DNA of 32,000 nt from Pseudomonas aeruginosa. Lineage in GTDB: Bacteria > Pseudomonadota > Gammaproteobacteria > Pseudomonadales > Pseudomonadaceae. The translations under genes were made by a program, and so were the position numbers. The notes under the pieces were generated by a model. The model did no database searches, was not told the origin of the DNA, and worked only from the letters and a program-made list of their open reading frames with translations. The stretch covers positions 4,830,001 through 4,862,000 of the forward strand of contig NZ_LN831024.1 in NCBI RefSeq assembly GCF_001457615.1, in the 5' to 3' direction. This document shows, piece after piece, positions 10,401-18,575 of this stretch (positions are counted from its first letter, which is position 1; each line of letters opens with the position of its first letter).

Positions 10401-11172
10401 GTTCGACGCGCGCTGCGCGCCAGGCGGCGCGGGCCTGCGCGTCCAGTTGGTCGAGCTGGCGATACCAGTCGCCGCCCTGCTCCAGCAAGGCTGCCAGTGA
10501 CTCGGGCGCACTCAGCGCCTGGTCGGCGTAGCGGAAGTCGGCGTCCTGCCGCGCCAGCAGCGGCTGCAAGGCCTTGCCCAGCGCCTCCGGCCCGCTGTAG
10601 CAACTGGCCACGGCTTGCGCCGCCGGAGCCGTCAGGCCGTAGAAGTTACGCCGCCAGTAGTCCCGTACCACTTCGGCGAGCAATTCGCTCTGGTCGGTTT
10701 CCAGGTTCTGGGTGAACAGGCTGCCGCTGTCGAAGGCGTGCTCGCGCAGCATCCGGTAGCACCAACTGTGGATGGTCGATACCGCGGCCTCGTCCATCCA
10801 CTCCGCGGCCAGGCGCAGCAGGCGCGCGCAGCCCGGCCAGCGCTCGGCGGGATACTGCTGGCGCAACGCGACCAGCAGGCCGTCGTGGCGCTCCTGCGGC
10901 TCGGCGAAACAACGCGCCGCTTCGCCCAGGCGGCTGCGGATACGCTCGCGGAGTTCCTGGGTCGCCGCATCGGTGAAGGTCACCACGAGGATTTCCGGCG
11001 GGCTCAGCGGCCGGCCGAAAGCGTTCTCGCCGCCATGGTCGAGGACCAGGCGTACGTATAGCAGGGCGATGGTGAACGTCTTGCCGGTACCGGCGCTGGC
11101 CTCGATCAGGCGGCTGCCGTGCAACGGGAAGTCCAGCGGATCGAGGGCCACGGGCATCTGCTGCTGGCTCAT
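7435..11172 (-). CDS. recB: RecB, exodeoxyribonuclease V beta subunit (helicase-nuclease)
   Basis: 1245 aa. UvrD-type motifs ASAGTGKTFT, DEFQDTD and GDPKQAIYAFRGAD. C-terminal PD-(D/E)XK nuclease motif DLVFEH...YVADYKSN. The start ATG overlaps the recC stop (ATGA at 11169..11172). Confidence 0.95.
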   Translation of the reverse strand: MSQQQMPVALDPLDFPLHGSRLIEASAGTGKTFTIALLYVRLVLDHGGENAFGRPLSPPEILVVTFTDAATQELRERIRSRLGEAARCFAEPQERHDGLLVALRQQYPAERWPGCARLLRLAAEWMDEAAVSTIHSWCYRMLREHAFDSGSLFTQNLETDQSELLAEVVRDYWRRNFYGLTAPAAQAVASCYSGPEALGKALQPLLARQDADFRYADQALSAPESLAALLEQGGDWYRQLDQLDAQARAAWRAARVELEALLRDLRPYLNGNSYRGKDSDETFDAWLQALADWSEGGEQPANLGKFGQTRIKLTAKRVAPEHAALRAIDAWAAHQEERPDLAPHLLLHALGEVGHELEIEKQRRAEIGFDDLLSRLDRALQGPGGERLAQLIREQFPVALIDEFQDTDPVQYRIFERIYRIAADPDEPQARETGLFMIGDPKQAIYAFRGADIHTYLRAREATRGRHYTLGKNFRSTAAMVAAANRCFAFAEEHPRGAFRFAREGLENPVPFHAVDAQGRAERLLIDGAEAPAMTFWNLDVEAGVLGSAAYRQEMAERSASAIRRWLSLADLGRAGFADEQGGWRALRPADIAILVRGRAEAEAIRSALAARRLASVYLSDRDSVFDSQEAADLLHWLRACADPGADTLLRVALATRSLHLDWATLERLNQDELFWERMVLRFRDYRRSWQAQGVLPMLRRLLADFELPARLLRHADGERSLTNLLHLAEWLQRAAVELDGEHALIRHLAEQVQSPGSEEILRLESDADLIKVVTIHKSKGLEYPLVLLPFICSWRELDGNSGAPASFHEDGAAGRVIELARRKEQAARAYEQANDERLGEDMRLLYVALTRARHSVWLGIAPLVASNSKSAELHKGALGYLLAGGATIGSDGLGQCLAALRGECREIVVEPAPEADAERYVAGRGQGLGQARETRRSSREKWWVASYSGLQLQASAGLDDDEVLESDESQEPISAEEATFHEEGRSAEQPPVAHASEMRDDLHRFPRGPAPGTFLHGLLEWAGREGFEVARADAQRRRELVARRCDLRGWKDWAEPLDLWLEQYLAEPLRWPGGETSLAGLVAYQVEMEFWFATHQVQAEAIDALVRRHTLGGAARPALAPTLLNGMFKGFVDLVFEHQGRFYVADYKSNWLGADDGAYSPEAMTAAVLENRYDLQYVLYLLALHRQLKARLPDYDYDRHMGGAVYLFLRGARAATQGLHFERPPRELIERLDALFSGQPGAER

Positions 11173-14100
11173 GCCTGCTCCTCCGCGCCACGTCCCAGGG
11201 CAGCCAGCAGCGGCGCGTAGAGCTGCTCGGCCCAGTGCGCGAACTCACCGCTGGCGAGCAGCCGGTCGAAGTCCGGATAGACCCGAGCCAGCGCCGGCGA
11301 GGCGTCCACCTCGCCCCCCATGCCGAACCCTCCCTCGTAGCGCTTGCGCGCCTCGCGCATGGCTTTCTCGGGCTCTGCGGCGCCACCACTGGCGAGCCAG
11401 GCGAAAGCGGTCCGGCAGGCCACCGGCAACGGCTGGCGCATGCCCTGGCGCCAGGCGTCGATCAACTGGTCGAGGTACTCGCCGGCACGCTCGCTCGGTA
11501 ACGGCGGAATCTCCAGGGTGCCGGTCTGGCTCACCAGCACGCTGCTCACCGGCTGGCCTAGACGTTGCAGGGCGAGGTGCTGCAACCAGTGGCGCACCAG
11601 GCTGTGCCACTTGAAGCCGCGCCCTTCATGGAGCTTGCCGCTGAGCAACTGCAGGCGCGCCAGGCGCCCGGAAGCGTCGCGACGCAAGCCGCCGAGCCAG
11701 TCCTCCAGCTCCAGCCCGGACGTATGGCGATGGCGCAACTCCTGCTGCTGCTCGACCGCCTCCGGCCAGCGCTCGATTTCCTGGCGGTAGCGCCAGAGCA
11801 GGTCGGGCAGCGGTTGCAGCAAATGGCGCGCGGAGAACTCGCCGAACGCCGCCAGCGGCAGGCGACCCTGTCGCCGCAGTCGCTCGACCTGGGCCTGTAA
11901 CTGCGCCGGCAGGCCCTCGGCATCCCAGTCCCGCTCGACCCAGCGCTTCATGCGTTCGGTCAGCTCGAATTGCAGCTTCCAGTTGTCCAGCGCGTCCAGT
12001 TCGAAAGGCTCTTCGTCGTTGCCGGTCAATTGCTCGTCGTCGAAACGCACCTTGAGCCGCTGCTGGAAGAACGCATTCACCGGGTTGGCGAGGAACTCCG
12101 CCAGCGCTCGCAGCCCCAGTGCGCCCTCCAGTTCAAGCGGCGGCAGGGACGCTTCGGCGTCGGGAACGGCGATGTCGTCCTCGCTATGGACCTCGCGCCA
12201 CTCGCGGGCGTAGGTGAACAGGCCATCGACGCCCTGCTCCGGCGCATCGTGAAAATACCGACGGCTGAACGGCTGCAGCGGATGCTCCTGGGTCAGGGCA
12301 CGCAGCAGCGCCTCGCCGTCGCCGTCCGGGTCCAGGCGCCAGCCGGCCGCCAGGTGATCGCGCAACTGGCCGATCAGCACCGAGGGCGGCCGCTCGCCAT
12401 TGTCGCGGATACTCCGCCCCACCCAGCTCACGTAGAGCTGCTCGCGCGCCGAGAGCAGCGCCTCGAGCAGCAGGTAGCGGTCGTCCTCGCGCCGCGAGCG
12501 GTCGCCGGGGCGGTAGTCGTTGCGCATCAGGTCGAAATCCAGCGGCGACTGCTGGCGGGGGTAGTCGCCATCGTTCATGCCAAGCAGGCAGACCAGCCGG
12601 AACGGGATCGCGCGCATCGGCATCAACGTGCAGAAACTCACCGCGCCAGCCAGGAAACGCTGGTTCAGGCCGCCCTGGTCCAGGCCGCCGAGCCAGGCCT
12701 CGCGTATCACGCTGATCGGCAGCGGCTCGGCGAAGGCCGCACAGGCGCAGTGTTCCTGCCAGCGCTCGAGCAGTTGCAGGAGCTGGGTGAGGAGCAGTTC
12801 GTCGCGCTCGTCGTGGGCCTCGAAGAACACCGTGAGCAGGGCTTGCAGGCGCTCGCCCCACTGCGCCGGGGTGGCCGGTTCGGCCAGCTCGGCGTAGGCC
12901 ACCTCGAGGCGCTCCAGCAGCACAGCCAGCGGGCCTGCCAGGGCGGCGTCCAGGCCACCGACCTCATCGTAGGGCTGGATGCCTTGCAGGGCCGCGCCTT
13001 CGCCGACCGCGTAGCCGAGCAGCATGCGCCGCAGACCGAAGCGCCAACTGTTGCCCTCCAGTCCCGCTGGCAGGCCGAGACGCTCGCGCTGCGCGGCATC
13101 CAGCCCCCAGCGCACGCCGGCGCCTTCGATCCAGCGGTGCAGGGTCGCCAGGTCGGCCTCGTCGACGCCGAAACGCCGGCGCAATGCCGGGACGTCCAGC
13201 AGGTCGAGGATCTCGCTCACGGCGAAACGGCTGTCGGGCAGTTTCAGCAGGTGCTCCAGGGCGATCAGCAGCGGCTCGCGACCGCGCTGTCCCTGGTCGG
13301 CCAGGGTATAGGGAATGAAGCGCTGGTCGTCGCGCGGCACCTGGCCGAACACCGCCTCGATGTGCGGTGCGTAGGCGTTGATGTCGGGGACCATGACGAT
13401 CACGTCGCGCGGCTTCAGGCTCGGATCGGCGTTGAAGCGGGCGAGCAACTGGTCGTGGAGGATCTCCACTTCGCGCTGCGCGCTGTGGGCCACATGGAAG
13501 CGGATCGAGGCGTCGCTCCGCGGCGCCACCGGCGGCCAGTGCTCGCGGGTTTCCGCCAACGGGCGCAGTTCGAGGATATCGTCCTGCAACTGGCCGAGCA
13601 GCCCGTGCGGGGCCTCCTCGCTGAACAGGTCGATGCGCCCGCCGTTGACCTCGCCGAACAGGTTCCGATAGCTGTCCGGGTCGTCGTAGCTGTCGAGCAG
13701 GTTGATGTAGTCGCGGCCCTGCTTGCCCCAGGCCGCCAGCAACGGCTGGGCATGCTGGTGCTGGCGGTCCTCGTCGAGGTCGGCGGGGACGCCGGCGCGG
13801 CGCTGCTGGCGGCGGTACTCGTGGCGCAACAGGTCCTTGTCGGCGACGATGTCGGCCCAGTGGTGGCGACAGGGGTTGTGCACGCAGAGCAGCACCTGGC
13901 TGAACCTGGCCAGGGCGGCCAGCGCCTCGAGGGTCTGCGCCGGCATCGAGGAAATCCCGAACACCACCACTCGTCGCGGCAACGCGCGCGGCGCCGCGCT
14001 GGCGGAGCGCAGCGCCTCGATGAAGCGCCGGTGCACGCCGGAGCGGCTGCGGGCCAGGCTATCGGCACCGACGTCGGCGAGCAGCGCGCGCCACAATTCG

Positions 14101-14684
14101 GCCTGCCAGCGCTCGTCGGCACCGAGCGGGCGCGCCTGCCCGTTCGCCGTGCGCAACTGGTCGCGGCCCTGGCTCCAGTCGTCGAGCCAGTCGCCGCGAT
14201 AGACCTGGTACTGGTCGAACAGGTCGGCCAGGCGCTCGGCCAGTTGATGACGCTTTCGCAGGTCGGCATCGTCGGCGAGGAAACGTTGCAGGGTGCGGAA
14301 CTCGGGACGCTCCAGCAATCCGGGAAGCAGACGCATCAGGCGCCAGGTCAGCGGCGCCTTGTCCAGTTCGGAAACCTCGGGAATGCTTTCGCGGCCCAGC
14401 ACCGCGCGATAGGCCTGCCAGAGGAACTGCGCCGGCAACTGCACCTCCAGCGCCGCGGCGATGCCGCCACCGCCGCCGCCGTCCTCGCGGGGATCTTCGG
14501 CCAATGCCAGCTTCAACCATTGGGCGATGCCGTTGCTGTGCACCAGGACCCGCTCGCTTTCCAGCGGCGCCAGCGGATAGCGGCGCATCCAGGAAACGGC
14601 GAGGTCGCGCAGGTCGTCCAGGCGATTGCCGTGGACGATCATGAATCCGGGCGTGAGGGCGGTGGTTCCCAAGGGTTCTGGCAT
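11169..14684 (-). CDS. recC: RecC, exodeoxyribonuclease V gamma subunit
   Basis: 1171-aa ORF directly upstream of recB and coupled to it. The N-terminal region ...MIVHGNRLDDL resembles the enterobacterial RecC N-terminus as I recall it. The start is ambiguous: ATG at 14684, or the internal ATG at 14642 (MIVHGNRL). Confidence 0.88.
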   Translation of the reverse strand: MPEPLGTTALTPGFMIVHGNRLDDLRDLAVSWMRRYPLAPLESERVLVHSNGIAQWLKLALAEDPREDGGGGGGIAAALEVQLPAQFLWQAYRAVLGRESIPEVSELDKAPLTWRLMRLLPGLLERPEFRTLQRFLADDADLRKRHQLAERLADLFDQYQVYRGDWLDDWSQGRDQLRTANGQARPLGADERWQAELWRALLADVGADSLARSRSGVHRRFIEALRSASAAPRALPRRVVVFGISSMPAQTLEALAALARFSQVLLCVHNPCRHHWADIVADKDLLRHEYRRQQRRAGVPADLDEDRQHQHAQPLLAAWGKQGRDYINLLDSYDDPDSYRNLFGEVNGGRIDLFSEEAPHGLLGQLQDDILELRPLAETREHWPPVAPRSDASIRFHVAHSAQREVEILHDQLLARFNADPSLKPRDVIVMVPDINAYAPHIEAVFGQVPRDDQRFIPYTLADQGQRGREPLLIALEHLLKLPDSRFAVSEILDLLDVPALRRRFGVDEADLATLHRWIEGAGVRWGLDAAQRERLGLPAGLEGNSWRFGLRRMLLGYAVGEGAALQGIQPYDEVGGLDAALAGPLAVLLERLEVAYAELAEPATPAQWGERLQALLTVFFEAHDERDELLLTQLLQLLERWQEHCACAAFAEPLPISVIREAWLGGLDQGGLNQRFLAGAVSFCTLMPMRAIPFRLVCLLGMNDGDYPRQQSPLDFDLMRNDYRPGDRSRREDDRYLLLEALLSAREQLYVSWVGRSIRDNGERPPSVLIGQLRDHLAAGWRLDPDGDGEALLRALTQEHPLQPFSRRYFHDAPEQGVDGLFTYAREWREVHSEDDIAVPDAEASLPPLELEGALGLRALAEFLANPVNAFFQQRLKVRFDDEQLTGNDEEPFELDALDNWKLQFELTERMKRWVERDWDAEGLPAQLQAQVERLRRQGRLPLAAFGEFSARHLLQPLPDLLWRYRQEIERWPEAVEQQQELRHRHTSGLELEDWLGGLRRDASGRLARLQLLSGKLHEGRGFKWHSLVRHWLQHLALQRLGQPVSSVLVSQTGTLEIPPLPSERAGEYLDQLIDAWRQGMRQPLPVACRTAFAWLASGGAAEPEKAMREARKRYEGGFGMGGEVDASPALARVYPDFDRLLASGEFAHWAEQLYAPLLAALGRGAEEQA

Positions 14685-14724
14685 CGGTACGGCTATTCCT
14701 GGCGCAAGGCTCTGGCGAAAGAGG

Positions 14725-15447
14725 TCAGGATCGGGCGGCGACGAAGCGTCGTTCCAGTTCGAGGCTGTCGGCCATGCGGAAATCGCTCCAGCGCTCGCTC
14801 AGGCCGAGATGGCTGTCCGCCTGGCAATCCGGGGCACTGGCGCAACGGCGGGTGAAGGTGTTGACCACCTCGACCATCTCCTCGCGCTCGGCGCCGACCA
14901 GCAGCGCCGCGTGCGCCAGCACCACCGGCCGGCCGGCGCCGTTGCGCCGCCAGCGTTGCGCGGTCCCGGCGAGCTTGCGCCCATCCAGGGTGACATTGTA
15001 GCGGCCGTCGCAGAAGGAACCGGCCACGGCGCCCACGCCGGCGTCCAGGCCGCGCTCGCGGAGCCAGTCGCAGATCGGCTGGCACAGCCGCAGGTAGGCG
15101 GTTTCGATACGGGTCTGCTCGTTGTCGCCGGGCCCCAGCGCATAGGACAGGGCGATGTTCAGCACGCCCGGCGATTGCGGCACCGGCTCGCCGCCGGTAT
15201 CGCGCAGCAGCACCGGCCAGCCGCGTTCGGCGACCGCTGCGCTGGCCGGCGCGAATCCTTCCAGGCGCTCCATCCGGCGCGGCATGACCAGCGCCCGATC
15301 GCAGGGCTGCCAGAGCAACAGGCCATGCTCGCGGGCACCGCCACACACCTCGTCGAGCAGGGCGCGCTCGGCGTCCAGCCCATCCTGCACGGAAAACACT
15401 TCGACCACGATTCTTCCTCTTCCAGGCTGGTACGGCTCGGCTCCCAC
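14725..15447 (-). CDS. Lipoate/biotin protein ligase-fold protein (LplA/LipM-like catalytic domain only), function unknown
   Basis: 240-aa ORF with a GTG start at 15447 (start uncertain). DGRKLAGTAQRW matches the catalytic-lysine motif GRK(I/L)xGxAQ of the LplA/LipM family. The stop is only 40 nt upstream of recC on the same strand. Confidence 0.7.
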   Translation of the reverse strand: MGAEPYQPGRGRIVVEVFSVQDGLDAERALLDEVCGGAREHGLLLWQPCDRALVMPRRMERLEGFAPASAAVAERGWPVLLRDTGGEPVPQSPGVLNIALSYALGPGDNEQTRIETAYLRLCQPICDWLRERGLDAGVGAVAGSFCDGRYNVTLDGRKLAGTAQRWRRNGAGRPVVLAHAALLVGAEREEMVEVVNTFTRRCASAPDCQADSHLGLSERWSDFRMADSLELERRFVAARS

Positions 15448-15520
15448 GCGGGGAGCACTGCCTATGATAGCCAGTGGCGGCGCCTCCGTGCGCCGTAATC
15501 GCGAGGAAGTTGCCGGGAAA

Positions 15521-16411
15521 TCAGCAGGTTGCCGAGCGCAGACGGGCCGGGCGGCGCTGCCAGAACTCGGCCAGCAGGACCCCGGCCAGGGTCAGCGCGC
15601 CGCCGACCAGGTGATGGACGGTCAGGCGCTCGCCGAGCACCAGGGTGGCGATGCAGGCGGTGATGATCGGCAGCAGGTTGAAGAACAGCGCCATCCGGCT
15701 CGGCCCGAGACGGGCGACACCGTGCATCCAGGCCAGCGCGGCGACGATCGAGGCGAACAGCGCGGCGTACAGCACCAGCGGCAGGTTGGCGGCGTTCAGG
15801 CCGGTGCGCGGCGACAGCAGGTACAGCGGCAGCAGGGCGAGGATCGCCACCAGCACCTGCAGGTAGAGCACTTGCATGGCCGGCAGCTTCAGGCTCCATT
15901 TCTTCAGCAGCACGCTGTACACCGCATAGGCCAGGGTGGCGACGATCATCATCGCGTCGCCGAGATTCACTCCATGCTCCAGCAAAGCGCCGAGATGGCC
16001 CTGAGAAATCACCAGCACCACGCCGGCCAGCGACACCAGCGCGCCGAGCAGCGCCCCGGCGTTCAGCCGGTGGGCCAGGATGCTGCTGGCCAGGCCCAGC
16101 GACATCAGGGGCATCAGCGACAGGATGATGCCCATGTTGGTGGCGCTGGTCAGCGCCGCCGCGTAGTAGGCCAGGCTCTGGTAGACGGCCATGCCGAGCA
16201 GGCCGAGGACCACGAACTTGCCGAGGTTGGCGAGGATGTAGCGGCGGTTGCGCAGCACCGGGCCGAGCATGAAGGGCGTCAGCGCCAGGCCGACCAGCAG
16301 CCAGCGGAAGAAACCGATCTCGGCGGGCTGGATGATCCCCACGGCGAGCTTGTTGACGACGGTGTTGCCGGCCCAGATGAACACGGCCAGCAGGGGAAAC
16401 AGGTATTGCAT
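15521..16411 (-). CDS. EamA/DMT-superfamily permease
   Basis: Lies in ORF 15521..16525. The preferred start is the ATG at 16411 (MQYLFPLLAVFIWAGNTVVNKLA), because the 38 upstream codons look non-coding and would leave no promoter space before the divergent regulator. The protein is hydrophobic and multi-helix throughout, with a two-repeat EamA-like organisation. Confidence 0.8.
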   Translation of the reverse strand: MQYLFPLLAVFIWAGNTVVNKLAVGIIQPAEIGFFRWLLVGLALTPFMLGPVLRNRRYILANLGKFVVLGLLGMAVYQSLAYYAAALTSATNMGIILSLMPLMSLGLASSILAHRLNAGALLGALVSLAGVVLVISQGHLGALLEHGVNLGDAMMIVATLAYAVYSVLLKKWSLKLPAMQVLYLQVLVAILALLPLYLLSPRTGLNAANLPLVLYAALFASIVAALAWMHGVARLGPSRMALFFNLLPIITACIATLVLGERLTVHHLVGGALTLAGVLLAEFWQRRPARLRSATC

Positions 16412-16511
16412 GGGAGGTTCCGCACTATGAAAAAGGAATACGCGGCCATTCTGAGCCAGTCCGAATACAGACGTATAATGAATTCCAGACAAACCACCCG
16501 TAGGTTCGGAC

Positions 16512-17315
16512 ATGTCGACCACCACCTTGCTGCGCCTTCCCGATCTCCAGGGGCAGTCTTTCGACGTCTATTTCCGCTATGACGAGTTCGGCGCCGACAC
16601 CCATTCGCCGCCCCACACCCACGCCTGGGGCCAGCTCAACTATGCAGCCCATGGCGTGATGCAGCTGGAGATCGACGGCCAGCGCTTCCTCTCACCTCCG
16701 CAATACGCGGTATGGATACCACCGGAGCGGGTGCACAGCTGCTACAACAGCCAGGCCATCGTCTACCGCTCGCTGTACCTTTCCGCCGAGCTGTCACGAC
16801 GCCTGCCGGCGACACCCTGCACCCTGGCGATCAGCGCGATCCTCAAGGCGATCCTCTCGGACTTCGCCGAGCGCGGGGTCAACCTGCCGACCTCGGCGCA
16901 GGACCTGCGCCTGGCCCGGGTCGTCATGGACCAGCTGGAATGCGCCCAGCCCCACGACGACTACCTGCCCTACGGCCGTACCCCGGCGCTGCGCGAGGTG
17001 CTCGACGCACTGCAGGCCGAGCCGGGCGACAACCGCTCGCTGGCGCAATGGGCGCAGCAGGTGCACAGCACCGAGCGAACCCTGGCCCGGCACTGCCAGC
17101 GCGAACTGGGCATGACCTTTGGCGAATGGCGCCAACGCCTGCGCTTCCTCGCGGCCATCGAGGCGCTGGAAGCCGGCAGGGGGATCCAGCAGATCGCCTT
17201 CGACCTCGGCTACAGCAGCCCCTCGGCGTTCATCTCGATGTTCCGCCGGCTGGCCGGCACCACACCGGAACAATACCGCCTGGCCAGCCGCGCCCAGGAC
17301 ATGCCGATGCTGTAA
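16512..17315 (+). CDS. AraC-family transcriptional regulator (N-terminal cupin plus C-terminal double HTH)
   Basis: 267 aa. Cupin-like HTHAWGQLNYAAHGVMQLEIDG. AraC HTH region SLAQWAQQVHSTERTLARHCQRELGMTFGEWRQRLRF...IAFDLGYSSPSAFISMFRRLAGTTPEQYR. Divergent from the EamA gene. Confidence 0.88.
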   Translation: MSTTTLLRLPDLQGQSFDVYFRYDEFGADTHSPPHTHAWGQLNYAAHGVMQLEIDGQRFLSPPQYAVWIPPERVHSCYNSQAIVYRSLYLSAELSRRLPATPCTLAISAILKAILSDFAERGVNLPTSAQDLRLARVVMDQLECAQPHDDYLPYGRTPALREVLDALQAEPGDNRSLAQWAQQVHSTERTLARHCQRELGMTFGEWRQRLRFLAAIEALEAGRGIQQIAFDLGYSSPSAFISMFRRLAGTTPEQYRLASRAQDMPML

Positions 17316-17369
17316 CCCGCCGTGCATGCGTTGCGGCTATGCTCGCAGCAGCCACCATCCGGAGTTCGC

Positions 17370-18575
17370 ATGCCAACCGCCAGCCGCCATCCCGACACCG
17401 CCCTCGCGGTGTTCCTCGCCTTCCTCAAGCTGGGCTGCAGCGCCTTCGGCGGGCCCATCGCCCACCTCGGCTATTTCCGCGACGAGTTCGTCCGCCGCCG
17501 CGGCTGGCTGAGCGAAAGCAGCTACGCCGACCTGGTCGCCCTCTGCCAGTTCCTTCCCGGCCCCGCCAGCAGCCAGGTCGGCATGGCCCTCGGCCTGGCC
17601 CGCGCCGGCTATCCCGGCGCCCTCGCCGCCTGGCTCGGTTTCACCCTGCCCTCGGCGTTGCTGCTGGTGCTCTTCGCTCTCGGCCTGGGACGCTGGGGCG
17701 CGCTGTTGCCCGAGGGCGTGCTGCATGGCCTGAAGATCGCCGCGGTGGCGGTGGTGGCCCAGGCGGTCTGGGGCATGGGTCGCAGCCTGTGCCCGGATCG
17801 CCCGCGCCTGACGCTGATGGCGCTGTCCTGCGCGAGCGTGCTGGCCTGGCCCACTGCCTGGACCCAGGTCGCGGTGATCGCCGGTGCCGGCCTGGCCGGC
17901 CTCGCCCTGTTGAAAACGGAAGCAGTGGAAGGCCACGAGCGACTGCCGATCGCCATTGGCTACCGCGGCGCGCTGCTGTTCCTCACCTTGTTCGCCGTGC
18001 TGCTGGTCTGCCTGCCGCTGGCCGCGCGCCTCTGGCCGGAACACTGGCTGCGCCTGCTCGACGCGTTCTACCGGGCTGGCTCGCTGGTATTCGGCGGTGG
18101 CCATGTGGTGCTGCCGCTGCTGCAGGCGGAAGTGGTACCCAAGGGCTGGGTCGACGGCGATACCTTCCTCGCCGGCTACGCGGCCGCCCAGGCGGTACCG
18201 GGCCCGCTCTTCACCTTCGCCGCGTTCCTCGGCGCAGCCTCGGGCCCGGCGCCGAACGGCTGGAGCGGCGCGCTGCTGTGCCTGCTGGCGATCTTCCTGC
18301 CGTCGTTCCTGCTGGTCGCCGGTGCCTTGCCATTCTGGGAACGCCTGCGCCACGAACGCCGGGTACGGGCAACGCTGGCCGGGGTCAACGCGGCGGTGGT
18401 CGGCCTGCTGCTGGCGGCGCTGTACCAGCCGCTCTGGACCGAAGGCATCCTGCGCCCGGCCGACTTCGCCCTGCTGCTCTTCGCCCTGCTGGCCCTGCTC
18501 GCCTGGAAGACGCCGCCCTGGCAAGTGGTGCTCGCCTGCGCCGTGGCCGGCGGCCTGATCGCCACAGCCGGCTAG
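17370..18575 (+). CDS. chrA: Chromate ion transporter (CHR family), full-length two-domain form
   Basis: Lies in ORF 17322..18575. The preferred start is the ATG at 17370, preceded by GGAG at 17361. CHR motifs [24 protein letters not shown]...FLPGPASSQ are present, with a second-half repeat [15 protein letters not shown]...[16 protein letters not shown]. Confidence 0.88.
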   Translation: MPTASRHPDTALAVFLAFLKLGCSAFGGPIAHLGYFRDEFVRRRGWLSESSYADLVALCQFLPGPASSQVGMALGLARAGYPGALAAWLGFTLPSALLLVLFALGLGRWGALLPEGVLHGLKIAAVAVVAQAVWGMGRSLCPDRPRLTLMALSCASVLAWPTAWTQVAVIAGAGLAGLALLKTEAVEGHERLPIAIGYRGALLFLTLFAVLLVCLPLAARLWPEHWLRLLDAFYRAGSLVFGGGHVVLPLLQAEVVPKGWVDGDTFLAGYAAAQAVPGPLFTFAAFLGAASGPAPNGWSGALLCLLAIFLPSFLLVAGALPFWERLRHERRVRATLAGVNAAVVGLLLAALYQPLWTEGILRPADFALLLFALLALLAWKTPPWQVVLACAVAGGLIATAG

